Below the pieces are notes generated by a model. The model did not search any database. It had not been told where the DNA came from and worked only from the letters and a program-made list of their open reading frames with translations. This document shows positions 37,020 to 50,310 of a DNA stretch of 64,000 bases, in pieces; positions within the stretch are counted from its first letter, which is position 1; each line of letters opens with the position of its first letter. The translations under genes were made by a program, and so were the position numbers. The stretch is from Eledone cirrhosa (lineage: Eukaryota). Where the stretch lies: NCBI GenBank assembly GCA_964016885.1, contig OZ024745.1:92318001-92382000 (forward strand). Direction: 5' to 3'.

Positions 37020-38550
37020 GCTAGCTATCTATCTCTCTTCCCTTCTCTCACTATTTCTCTATCTATCTATCTCTCTTCACTTCTCTCTATTACTCTGTCA
37101 TTAATAATGTATGTTGTCACCCCTCTATTCCTTCTTCAACTATATACATTTCTCACTCTCACCAACCAGAGCTGAACTTCTGACTTTCACTTTCACCCCA
37201 AACAACCCCATTTTGGGAGCAAGGTCCTCAAATCACACACATATACACATTGAATTTTACAAGAATGTACTAAAATTTTATTTCAAAATACTCAAATATA
37301 TTCCTAGCATAAAAATAATAAAGAATTTAATATTTAGTCAAACATACAGAAAAAGAAAGTTATATTGGAAAGTACTATAAATGAGAAGAAAGGGAAAGTA
37401 AAAGCAAGGACTATTAGGCAACGAAAGAAAGGGGAAGGGGAGAGGGTGACAGACTTTACATGTATTTATTTGTACTAGGATTTTTTTCAATACGCTGACG
37501 CGTATGTGTCTATGTGTATGCATGTGTGTGTATGTGCATATGCATACATTTATATGTATGAGTATATAAATATAAACACGCAAGCACAGACACTTACAAA
37601 AATACGCACAGACATACATTCACACAAACACATACACAGCATCACAAATGGAATGCCAGCTGTTATTTTGCTATAGTTTTTTCACCACCCATTTCCTTCC
37701 TTTTACACACATACATTCATGCAGGCATCAGACGTAGAGAGAGAGAGGAGTAGTATGAGGTAGTCAAACTACTCCTCTCTCTTTACGTGTGATAGAATCA
37801 CAAAAATTTATATATAGATATAGACATGTATTTATTTAATCCAAAAGATGTGAATGTAATTATTTTTATTAATTTCTCCATATCTCAATATCCCATATCT
37901 AAACAATCTTATTCACAAGGGTCTATCTAAAGGACATCTTAACATCCAATTGACTGCAAAGCTCCTCTGTAAATTTGTTTGATATGTTTTATTTCATAGG
38001 ATCTAAAGGAATTATTTCATTTAACAGCATCTTCAATCATCCATACCATGAACCAACAAGAGGAGCCTTTATGTGGTTGTTTGACCTGCTAGAATCAATA
38101 GCTAAATCTCCATCAAATCACACTTTTCTGTTACAAAAGTGGAAAAGATACATTGGATAGTTTATTCATTGATGACCCTAAAATGATAAGATAGTTACAT
38201 CTGGAATACTTCTGACTACGGATATGTTCAATCCTGGTTGATATGGAGCTAAACACTAACAGAATCTAGAAACTTAACAAACTGTTGACCAAAGTAATAT
38301 CTCACAGTTGCATCCTCCTCCTATGTGCTGGAGTATTCTAAACAATTTGAGTTGAGTATACTCCATGATGTGACAACAAATATAATAACTTTGGATCACT
38401 GTGATAAAGGTCATAGCTAGGCTAAACACTTTTAGAATACACTTGGTACTTCCTCCAAAAAATCAACAAAGACTCACTCTTGAGATTAGTGACCCCTAGA
38501 TTTTCCTTTCCCACTCACAATATGAATTCAGGCCATTATATTTAACCACT

Positions 38551-38885
38551 CGTCCCTTTACTGTCTGAGTTCAAATCCTGTCGAGGTTAACTTTGCCTTT
38601 CATCCTTACAAGGTCGATAAAATAAAGTACCAGTAATGTACTGGGGTAATTGCTGGTCTTGTGCCAAAAGTAGAAACAATTATATTTAACCACTAGGATG
38701 GAGGATTGGCAGTATCGGTAGAGGGTTGGACGCCATGCTTTGCAGCATAGAGTTGTGGCCCTTTACAGTCTGAGTTCAAATCCCGCCGAGGTTAACTTTG
38801 CCTTTCATCCTTACGGGGTCGATAAAATAAAGCACCAGTAATGCACTGAGATAATTGTTAGCCTTGTGCCAAAAAAGTAGAAACA
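38551..38885 (+). mobile_element. Two tandem SINE A copies
   Basis: A 5'-truncated copy then a full copy, separated and flanked by TATATTTAACCACT three times. Confidence 0.85.
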
Positions 38886-39759
38886 AATATATTTAACCAC
38901 TGAATTATTCATAAATTTCATACAAAGAATATATTCTAAATATGAGCAATCTATTTATTTAAATTGTAATGAAAATGTTCTAAGTCTCAATGTATCTTTG
39001 TTCACCACAAAAGAATTTCTCTTTATGTAGCATGTCAAGGGTTAACTTCCGTTTGGTGAAGCCCATCCCTTTCCAGGACATTGAATATAGCTGGAAATCA
39101 AAGTTAAGTGAAATGAGGTGACATGGTTCAATTGGGAATGAGACTGGTTTTATAGCTTTAGTTTATTGGGTGTATACCATCACTCTGATTGGTTGAATAC
39201 ATACCACTACAATATAGTGAGGAAGCCACTACACGGTTGCTTAATCTGCTTGAAATAGCTGGTAAACTTCCCTCAAAGTACACACTACTGTCTTAAAATG
39301 ACAGATTTGATAATGTAGAGTGGACTATATTATTAGGACATGACTTGCCGCAACACTTTCTTCACCAGCATCCTGGTGAATTCAACAATAAAGTGAGGTT
39401 TTGTTGCCTGACAACCTGAAGATGGCAAACTGTTGAAGTATCATCTGCTTTCTGATAGGTTTGTTATTGAACCTATAGTGCTGGCAACCAAACACTCTGG
39501 TTCACTGGACAGAGATAGCCACCAAAAGTTGGAGTAAGCCCCCAAAATTGGAACAACTCTTCAGTATGTCTCCTGTGCTACCCTTTGGGGTAAAACTTTT
39601 TCTATTCTGTTTGCTGAGACCATGTGGCTAGAATTCTACATGTTAGAGAAGTGCAGTGGGGTGGAAGACAGGGTGACAACCTTTCATCGACTGATTTGTG
39701 CTGTTACCATTGACCACTACATACAATACACATTTTATGTAATTGTATATATTGATGTA

Positions 39760-39920
39760 TGACAGCGAATTGACAGAGTTGTTAGAACATCGGACAGAAT
39801 GCTTTATGGTATTAGTTCCAGCTCTCTGAGTTCAAATCCTGCCGATGTCAACTTTGCCTTTCATCCTTTCGAGGTCGATAAAAAAGTACCAGTCCAGTAC
39901 TGGGGTCGATTCTTCCTCTA
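39760..39920 (+). mobile_element. SINE family A
   Basis: A/B boxes and core. Confidence 0.8.
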
Positions 39921-40453
39921 TATCTCTTTCTTATTTCCTCTCTCTCACTTTGTATCTTTCTCTGGAAGAAATCTGTTGTACTCAGGCCTGGAGAGGGATG
40001 GCTTCCTTCAGGCTTAAAATGCCCAAGAAACACTGTATGTCAATACGGCACCCCTACAACTCTATCAGGAGTTATGGGAAAATACATACATATATTGATG
40101 TATTGAGGGCCCTTCTTTAAGTGGTCTCCTTACTTCCATTCTTTAACTAAGGCTTGTGGGTAAAATGGGGCAGATTAAAGCTGTCAAACTTATGGACTGT
40201 ACCTTTAATTCATAGGGCCAGCCTTGACTTTGAATTACATTAAGGGTACATGTGTCTGTGGAATACTCAGCCACTTACAAGGCAATTCAATGAGTAGGAC
40301 GTTTATTTGATTGAACAACTGGAATACATATTGTGTGAGGCCAACGGGAGACCCATTTACATGTATATACATAAGCATATAATTGTGTGTTTGTATGTAT
40401 GTATATACACATATGTATGTATATATGTATTTATATATATGTATGTGTTTGTA

Positions 40454-40597
40454 TGGAGGCACATGGCTTAGTGGTTAGAGCATTGGCCTTGCAATCGAAA
40501 GGTTGTGAGTTCAATTCTTGGACCGAGTGATGTGTTGTTTCCTTGAGCAAGACACTTTATTTCACATTGCTCCAGTTTACTCAGCTGTAGAAATGAG
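40454..40597 (+). mobile_element. tRNA-derived CORE-like SINE (family B; also 50330-50582 -, partial 52447-52525)
   Basis: TGGCTTAGTGGTTAGAGC A box, GAGTTCAATTC B box, CCTTGAGCAAGACACTT core. Confidence 0.75.
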
Positions 40598-40824
40598 ATG
40601 ATAGGGACTGCGGTCCCTATCATTCCACTGCAAAGTGGTCGTGGATGTGCCACGGCAAAAAAGCACCACTGCAAAGTGGTCGTGGAGGTGCCACGGAAAA
40701 AAAATCACTGTAAATGAGGTTGGTGTTAGGAATGGCATCCAGCTGTAGAAATCAAGCCAGAATCAGTTCCCGTCCCACCCTTGCAAGCAGGGAAAAGCGG
40801 ACGTAAAATAATGATGATGATGAT

Positions 40825-40893
40825 GTATATATATATATACATATGTATATATATATATATATATGTATGTATATATATATATATATATGTATG

Positions 40894-40924
<31 letters not shown>

Positions 40925-41027
40925 TTATATATAAATATTATATATATATATATGTATATGTATATTATATATATATGTATATGTATATTTATATATATAT
41001 GTATATTTATATATGTATATGTATGTA

Positions 41028-41075
<48 letters not shown>

Positions 41076-41184
41076 AATATTATATATATGTATATTTATA
41101 TATATGTATATGTTTATTTATATATATATATGTATATTTATATATATATGTATATGTATGTATATTTATATATATATATGTATG

Positions 41185-41223
<39 letters not shown>

Positions 41224-41390
41224 TTATATATAAATATTATATATATATATATATGTATATTTATATATATGTATATGTTTATTTATATATATATATGTAT
41301 ATTTATATATATATGTATATGTATGTATATTTATATATATATATGCATGTATGTATGTATACATACATATGTGTGCATGTGTGTGTGTAT
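40825..41390. repeat. Degenerate (TA)n tract
   Basis: Read directly from sequence. Confidence 0.95.
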
Positions 41391-41569
41391 TGTTTATACA
41401 GTGGCAGAACACTCAAGATAGAACACACAATAACACTTAATGACAATCTATTTGTCTCATTAAGTCTAAATCTGTGATATCAAGAACAATGTACTTGGCT
41501 GCCTCACACATTTTGTAGCACCTGTATAGCAGATGGATGTTATCCTAGCCTGGTCTCTTATAGATTAAG

Positions 41570-41631
<62 letters not shown>

Positions 41632-41665
41632 ACCATACGTTGAAATGATTACAGAAATGAAGGGA

Positions 41666-41789
41666 CATATAAACTAATATAGAAACATATAAATTAATAT
41701 AGAAATATATAAACTAATATAGAAACATATAGATTAATATAGAAATATAGAAAACAATATAGAAACATATAAATTAATATATAAACATA
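41666..41789. repeat. 20-bp minisatellite, about 6 copies
   Basis: Unit ATAGAAACATATAAATTAAT. A remnant resumes after the Helitron at 43024. Confidence 0.85.
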
Positions 41790-43023
41790 CTAGCAGAAGT
41801 GCCCGGCGTTGCTCAGAGTTTAATTGCATTAAATTACTCTTAATGATTCCACTGAATTATGATTATTGAGGCAAAGAAAATAAATACGGGTAAGCAAGAA
41901 AGTGGGGGTAGCGAAAATTTTCAATTGAATAAGTGGAAAGTGAGTACTAAGTAAGTTGTATGAAGAATGCACGTCAAATAGTAGGACAAACCTGTAAGCC
42001 AAGCCCGTCTGAGTTATAGCACAAAAGAGCGTAAACAGGGGCGGTAATTTGGAGCATACTGGAAAAAAAAAAATCATCAAAATTGGACGTTCCTGAAAAA
42101 AGTTTTCTCATTTTTTTGTCTCATATTGCTAAAAACAAAGAAAACAAATTACAAAAAGGACAACAATAAAATATAATGTCTTTGTTGAGATTCAAGTAAA
42201 TAAATGCTTAAGCGTCGTTATGACTACGTTTGTTGTATAAATTCATCTGTTGCTTTTGAATATTTGTTATTTGATGTAAAATGTAATGGTCAAATACCGG
42301 ACGCTCTCTGACAGGTTTGCGGTCGTACCCCTGGCAGTGGAGACTTCTGGTGTCCTCGGCCCCAGGGCTACCTCTTTTCTCACCACCATAGGCGCTGAGT
42401 TGGCCAGCCGTAGGTGTGAGCCTCGCGAGTTGGAGTGGCTTTTCCAGCGCGTCTCCCTTGCCGTCCTCCAGGGAAACGCCTTCTCCATTCTGTCCGCCGG
42501 GGCTGTGGGTGGGCCCCATCGCGTACCGTTGTAGTTGTTGTATACAGATATTAACTCACTTAGAAATTGTTTTGAATGAAATGTATTTAGTTTTATCGGC
42601 TTTTTAAGTTTTGTTATTTCATTTATGAGCGTCGTTGTGACTATGTTTGTTGTATAAATTGATGTGTTGCATAGTTTTCAAAGTTTATGTCGCGTTCCTG
42701 AACGAAGTTTTGTCGCTGTTAGAGTTGCAGAGGAGATTGAGAGGGGAGTAGAGGGAGGGATGAACCTTTTAAAGAGAGTTGCAACATGTATGTAGTTTCA
42801 TCGATTTTTGAGGGTAGTAGAGAGAGGGTTACAGCATGTGTTTAGTTTTATCGATTTTTTTTTATAGAAACAGCACATTTTTGGCAAAGTTTATTATGCG
42901 TTGACCATCGTTGGTAAATTTGGAGCACATTGGAAAAAAAATCATCAAAATCGGTAGAGAAATGTGGAAATGCATAAAAATCATACACACACACAGACAT
43001 CTTCCGTTTTATATATAGAGAGA
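41790..43023 (-). mobile_element. Non-autonomous Helitron carrying a CRE-like fragment
   Basis: Minus strand: A|TCTCTCTATATATAAAACGGAAGATGTCTGTG ... GAGCAACGCCGGG ... CTAG|T. Confidence 0.75.
42286..42555 (+). pseudogene. CRE-like non-LTR retrotransposon RLE C-terminus
   Basis: KYR..RFAVVPLAVETSGVLGP...WLFQRVSLAVLQGNAFSIL. Confidence 0.8.
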
Positions 43024-43287
43024 TAAATTAATATAAAAACATAAATTAATATTTGAAAAAAAGAAAAAAACAAAATGAAAAACATTGAGCGAGAAGGAAA
43101 GAGAGCAAAATAAGAAAGTGTGTAAATAAGAGAGAGAGAGATTAAAATAGGAGAGAGATAGTGTAAAATAGGAGAGAGAGAGTAAAAAAAGAGAGAGAGA
43201 GTAAAATAGGAGAGAATGGAAAAGAATTGAAAGAAAAATTATATTAAAAAGTATTTTAAAAAGACAGAAAGAAAAAAAATGTAAGCA

Positions 43288-43485
43288 ATCATCATCATCA
43301 TCATAATCATCATCATCGTCATCATAATCATCATCATCATCACCATCATCACCATCAACATCATCACCATCATTATCATCACCATCATTATCATCACCAT
43401 CATTATCATCGTCACCATCACCATCACCATGATCATCATCATCACCATGATCATCATCATCACCATGATCATCATCATCACCATG
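43288..43485. repeat. (ATC/ACC)n microsatellite
   Basis: Read directly from sequence. Confidence 0.95.
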
Positions 43486-43963
43486 GAACATAAAGGTTCT
43501 AACATAAAATCATGATCAAGGTTTTTTTTAGATAGATCTAAACACTTTAAAATAAACAGTTTTGTACTGTAGAACCAGGGGTGGTTTAAGGTTGTTTGGA
43601 ACATAACTTAATAAAGGTTCTTACATAAAATTGTGATGGAGGGTTTTTAGATAAATATAAACACTTTAAAATAAACAGTATTGTATCATAGAACCAGGGT
43701 GGTTTCAGGTGGTTTGATATCAAAAGGGGCAAGGGTTAGGGCAGTGACATTCATACTTTCATAAGGGAGAATATAAGTGAAAAAATGAATTTAAAAAAAG
43801 GGATTGTTGATTTATTATTCTCATTTATCATTACAAACCACCCAACAAAAAAACAATGTATGTATGTATGTATGTATGCATTGTTGTATGTATGTGTGTA
43901 TGTGCATACATACAAACATATATACACATATACATACATACTTATCCACACACATACATACAT

Positions 43964-46900
43964 CAGTCAACGCGATCAGTCGCATATTTTGGCGTGGGAG
44001 ACTATTTATTAAATTTAAGATGAATACTATCACCGACAGTAATGCCACAACTACAGCCAGGTTGAATTCTAACTATCCCTTCTGAAGACACCTTTTATTC
44101 GAATTTGTAGAGATATCCGACTAAATACATAATTAATTTTACAAGGATGTGCTACAAACAGCATGGCTGAACACAACATCAACAAAAAAATTAAGGAAGT
44201 ATCGAAGACTAATAACAAAGAAGGTAATCATACTTTATTCAGTTGTAGCTACAGAAGAAACCGAAATTATAAATCGCATTTCTCTTGGAGTTGCGAACTT
44301 AATAATGATTTATTTAATTGTTATAAAATGGCAAAAAATAATCTCTCCATTGGCTATATGAATAGAATGAAGCTACACTGGGACGAAATGCACCCAGAGC
44401 TAAATTATTTCACAGCGAAACAATTACGCCAACAAGCGACGTTTGTTGAACGTAAAAATAAGATAAATATTATTAATTATAAGTCCCCCACAACAAACAT
44501 GGAATCAACAAACACGTGCTACAGATCGCCCTGCTACTAGACTTCCTAGCAGCCAGGTCGAACAGTGCCTTGAAACAACTATGCCTGCAAGAAACTTGAC
44601 ACCACCTGTACCATCTAAGTCTACCTCGAATGCTGGGGAAAACACTATCGATAATAATAATAATCGAAGAAATAATAATAATAAATGTGACACCACGTAT
44701 ACCATCCGAGTCTACCTCGACTATCGATAATTATAATCAAAAGTATAAACAATTGAAAATTTCCCTCAACGAAATCTTCCAGAGAGAAATTAACTCATGT
44801 ATAAATATCTGGCTGAACGTGTTAAAATGACAATGGTGAATAAAAAAACAAATAATGAAATACTACGTGTTATTGACGAAATAGGGGATGAATATTTACG
44901 ACGGATAAAAACCCCAACATTTTGGCAAATCAACGCCTGTTAATATGCCTTAGCAAAGACAGTGATAGCAGAGATATTAACAAGAACAAAACACCACCAA
45001 AAATACTATCATATATAACTAAAATAGAAAAAAAGAGTGCTGACCTACGAAAAAACATAGGACATGTGACAATGCTCCTTACATGCAAACAAGCACACAA
45101 AAAACCTCACTCCTCACCAACAAAGAGTGAAAAATAAAATAGAGACGATGTTTGGTAACAGTAGAACCAGAACTCTCCAATATAAGCTGATCACCCTCAA
45201 ACAAGAATTGAGAGCTGTTAGCGAAAAACGCTGATACCTAAAGAAGGTAGATGAGAGAAAAATGCTTAATAAAAGATTCAGACGAAACCAAACATCAGTC
45301 TATAGAGATATGAAGGGCAAAATAATAAGTGTCACTGAGGCCCCATCCCAGAAAGACATAGATTCCTTTTGGAGAAAAATATGGGGTGAAAAGAAGAATT
45401 TCAACCAAGATGCAGTGTGGCTAAGAGAAATCCGAAAGAACTATTGCTCCTACACTACAACAAAAACATACAAAATAAGTGAAGGTACCGTTGAGACTGT
45501 GATAGGAAAACTCCAAGATAAGAAAACACCAGGAAGAGACATGATTGTCGGCTACTGGTACAAAAAACTAATATTCTATCGGAGGTATCTTACTGACCTC
45601 TACCAACAAGTTCTTAAGGGAGATACACTTATACCAGAATGGTTGACATTAGCACAAACGTTACTGGTCCCCAAGAACAAAGACACCCACTTGGCAAAAA
45701 ACTACCAACCCATTGCATGCCAGAACCTGATGTATGAGATGTATACAGCCTGCCTGAACCTATTCCTCCAAGATCACAGTGAAAATAATAACATCATCAC
45801 AGATGAACAAGCAGCTGGAAAGAAAAGGGTTTGCTGAACAACTCCTAATCAACAAAACTGCAATGTCGGAGGTGAGACAACTTAGGAGGAATATGACTAC
45901 AGTCTGGCTGGACTACAAGAAAGCTTTCGATTCTGTTCCCCAAATTGCTAAAGTCCCAGACATTATTGTCAGAGCCATAGAGAAGCTGTCTTCTTCTTGG
46001 GCTACTATCCTAAGGTTAAAGACAGAGAGGGAGGACTCTATTTTCACTGATAAAATAAAATATTGCAGGGGTATATTTCAGGGGGACAGTCTCTCTGTGA
46101 TATTGTTCATCTTGTCATTAAACCCCTTGTCCTTTCTTCTCAAGAAATGTGAGGGATACATCATTGGTTCACAGGAGGATAGAAATACAACCCTAACCCA
46201 TAATTTCTTTGTGGACGATCTGAAACTCTATGCCAAGAACATGGATGGGATGAAGAAAAATCTTGACCTGGTTACAACGTTCTCAAAGGATATAGGAATA
46301 GAGTTTGGCCAAGATAAATGCTCATACATGACTGTAAAGCGGGGGAAAACAACAACCCAATCTAAACATTGTCATCAATGGTCTAACTGTTTCACCGATA
46401 TCTGAACAGGACTGCTACAGATACCTGGAGATAGGTGAGAACATATCGTATAATGGTATCTGTAATAAAGAACGCGTAACCAGGGAATACTACACCCGAT
46501 TAAGAAAGATCTGGTCATCGGAACTCTGCGCAAAACAAAACAGTGGCTCACAATGTGTTTGCTGTGCCTGTCCTAACACCGTTTGGAATACTCAATTGGA
46601 CGATAGACGAAATCCAAGCAGTTGATGTTGGAACTCGAAAAATACTGAACAACACCGGAAACTTCCACATCAACAGTGACATAGACCACCTTTACTTGAA
46701 ACGTAAGCAGGTAGGCAGAGGCCTAACATCAGTCCAGACAACATTTGAATGTCGCATCATATCTCCGACAACATCGACGAACCTCGAAGCGTAGGAGCCC
46801 ACTTCTCGAGCAAGTCTATCTGCATGAAACAGATAAGATCATGAGAGTTGGGAAGGAACTCCTTGAGAGATATTCCCTGTGTGATAATCAAAAGCTCACA

Positions 46901-47990
46901 CCCAGGGATGTCGCTCAACAGTATCGCAGTGAATCCATGGATGAAAAACTGCATGCCTATCAGCAAAAAAATCATGCATGGATATGTTGCCAGGAAGCTC
47001 CAGAGTGAGAGTAATATAGATAAGGAAAGTAGTCTATCTTGGACCAACAACCGCTATATTGGCTCCCACTTTGAAGGATACGCTTTTGCAATCCAAGAAC
47101 AGGAGATTAGCACGAAATACCTGATTCACAAAAGAGATAGGGATGCAGGCAAAACACCTAGATGTGATAACAAGTGCAGACTCTGCAGAACTAACATCGA
47201 GGATATCACCCATGTCATCAGCAGCTGTCCAAAGATGTCATCGCGGTACTATCTACCTATGAGGCATGATGTAGTAGTGGCCAAAACACTGTACAATGCA
47301 GTTCGTAAAAAAGATAGCCCCGATAATAAACATTAAAAGCTACAACAATGTGGAAGACATCCATGTACATAATATGAAAGAGTACTGGTGGAATGTTCCA
47401 GTAAAAACCCCAATAAAATGCAGGCATAACAGACCAGATATTATATGGGACAGGGAAAAGAAAGCATGCACAGTAGTGGAAATTAGCTGCCCAGCAGATG
47501 CCAATATAATATCAAAGATTAGTGAAAAGGAGAATATCTATGCAGAACTGATGAGAAATCTGCAGATACTCCACCCTGATTACACCTTCAGATTTATGCC
47601 TGTGATTATTGGAGCACTGGGGTATGTTAGTAACTGCCTCAATACAAATCTTGAGAAGCTAGGCTTCACAGGAACAGAAAGAACACAACTAGTTAGGAAA
47701 CTACAAGTACAATCCATTAATGGAACAGTAAAAATATGTAAAACATTCCAAAAATGTTGCATCTAATAACTGCATATACACATGTACAGATGCAAAGCAT
47801 ATACACATGCACACATACAACTCAAAACATCCACATCCACACATACAATAACATCCATATCTACACATGCATGCATACATATCTACCTAGTTGATGTTGT
47901 GTAAATTCCAATGAGAGAGTCTTGTGTCTATGTTAGAAACCGACTCTCTCTATTGGTAAAACTTTGTGAAATTATAAAACCAGAAGAATA
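43964..47990 (+). mobile_element. Near full-length R4/Dong-type RLE non-LTR retrotransposon (decayed)
   Basis: One broken ORF: GYMNRMKLHWDEMHPE, PGRDMIVGYWYK, WLDYKKAFDSVP, GIFQGDSLS, FVDDLKLY, CRLC..EDITHVISSC, RHD, RPDI..VVEISCP. Flanked by (TACA)n. Confidence 0.92.
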
Positions 47991-48309
47991 TACATACATA
48001 CACACATATGTACACATGTATATACATATATACACATATACATACATACAAACACACACATATACATACGCACACACATGCATACATACACATATACATA
48101 CATACACACGTACATACATAGTCATGCAGATACATACATACACCACCCACACTCACATACCAACGCATACATACATACATACACACATGCATACATACAC
48201 ATACATAGATACACACACATACATACACACATGCATACACACACAGATACATACACACATGCATACATAGAAGAAAGAATAAAAAGACTGATATTCTAAA
48301 TAAAGTTGA

Positions 48310-48707
48310 CGTCGGACGCCATGCTTAAGAGCATAGAGTTACGGCCCTTTAAGGTCTGAGTTCACATCCCACCGAGGTTAACTTTGCCTTTCATCCTTTT
48401 GGGGGTCGATAAAATAAAGTACCAGTTATGCACTGGGGTAATTTTTGGCCTTGTGCCAAAAGTAGAAACAATTATTATTTTTCTCTTTCCCCATAATATT
48501 TAGGCACAAGGCCAGCAATTTGAAGGGGAGGAGGAAAGTCGATTAAAATGACCCCAGTGTGTTACTGGTACTTTATTTTCTCGACACCGTAAGGATGAAA
48601 GGCAAAGTTAACCTCAGCAGGATTTGAACTCAGGTCGTAAAGGGCCATAACTCTATGCCATAAAGCACGTAGTCTGACGCTCTAACGACTCTGTTAATCC
48701 ACCACCC
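48310..48707. mobile_element. Two SINE A copies tail-to-tail
   Basis: 48310-48478 (+) and 48498-48707 (-). The second has TSD TTCTCTTTCCCCATAAT at 48481 and 48708. Confidence 0.85.
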
Positions 48708-48967
48708 TTCTCTTTCCCCATAATAGTAAAACCCAACGGAACTAGTTAACTATGTAATGTAAGTCTTTCTTCAGATTTCTAGTACCAAATCCCCCCTCTT
48801 TGCCTTACATAAACAATAGACCGATGATAATATTGATAAAGCTGAACTTAAGAGCTACTTTTTAACCTCAAGTAGTGTTTCTTCTTGTCTTCAGTGTCTT
48901 TTGTTCCATTCTCTATAATTTCATGCCATACTACTTTTAAAAATGGTTCAAAGAAACTAGGATGTTT

Positions 48968-49145
48968 ATATATAACACAGCTTATGTTTTTTTAATGTTT
49001 CTGATGTGACCAGGGTAGTAAGGGTGATGCTGTCACTTGTGTGTATATATATGTGTATATATATAACACAGCTTATGTTTTTTTAATGTTTCTGATGTGA
49101 CCAGGGTATTAAGGGTGATGCTGTCACTTGTGTGTATATATATAT
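48968..49145. repeat. ~92-bp tandem duplication
   Basis: TATATAACACAGCTTATG...GTCACTTGTGTGTATATA twice. Confidence 0.9.
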
Positions 49146-49908
49146 GTATATGTTTGCAAACAATGTGCGTATGGTATATAAACTATGTTTGTTTATGATT
49201 AAGAATACAAATTTTTATACATGTATCTGTAAATACATACATACAATATATCTTCATCATCATCATCATCATCATCATCATCGTTTAACGTCTATCTTCC
49301 ACGCTGGCATGGGTTTAGACGGGAATTGTCCCACTTGAGGCAAGATTGGTTGGGTGACCGTGTCTTGCTCGTATAGGACTGTCTGGCAGGTTTTCTACGG
49401 CTGGATGCCCTTCCTAACACCAACTGCATTTACAGTGTGGACTGGGAGGTTTTTATCGTGTTACCTACGTGGCCACAGCGTGGACTGTGTTTTTTTTTTG
49501 TCGTGATACCTACACGACATTAGTGTTAAAGGTTCTTTTTCCATGTGAGAAAGTCAAAAGTGTTTCCTCTGTACTGTATCAGTTCTTATTCAGTTATTAC
49601 CCTCCTAGTTGAGTAGCCTGTCATCTGACTTTTAGATACTATTTTTGGTTTTTATGCTCCAATTTCTGAAGCTAAAGTGTTTTCTACAGCTTTTCAATCA
49701 ACTGAACATCAGACTTATTAAATTAGAGTGCAATTGACTTATTATTCTGCAGACACGTATTACCTTAATGTATTCTCTAAGTCAAATCAATATGTGGCAC
49801 CACTTGATATCTGAATTACGGGCTTCCACACAGTTTCTGTATACCCAATTTAACTCACATGTCAGTGAGTATTCCAACTACAGAATCTAATACATATATA
49901 TATATATA

Positions 49909-50310
49909 TCAGCTTCTACTACAACGTAATATAATATCTGTATACAAGTACAACGGTACGCGATGGGGCCCACCCACAGCCCCGGTGGACAGAATGGAGA
50001 AGGCATTTCCCCGGAGGATGGCAATGGAGACACGCTGGAAAAGCCACTCCAACTCGCGGGGCTCACATCTGCGGCTGGCCAGCTGTGCGCCTATGGTGGT
50101 GAGTAAGGAGGTAGCCATGGGGCCGAGGACACCAGAAGTCTCCACTGCCAGGGTTACGACCGCAAACCTGTCGGAGAGCGACCGGTATTTGAGGAGTTTG
50201 GCCCCCTCAGCCTGACGTGCAGCAGAACCTGGGTCAGTCGCAGACTGCACCAGGTTGTAGTTGCAGAAAGTGTCGGTGTCAGTGACATCCCAGACGAGGG
50301 GTTTGCCAAA
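49909..50310 (-). pseudogene. CRE-like retrotransposon RLE domain, 5'-truncated
   Basis: GKPLVWDVTDTDTF...AARQAEGAKLLKY...AVETSGVLG...LFQRVSIAILRGNA. 3' end abuts (TA)n. Confidence 0.85.

Noticed and set aside
37756-37764. TGAGGTAGT, the let-7 5' end, inside a hairpin
   Set aside because: Only 9 nt match, it lies in the loop, and the rest differs from let-7.
39410-39460. CTGAAGA-TGGCA..TGTT-GAAG possible hammerhead
   Set aside because: GAAA is broken and there is no convincing stem III.
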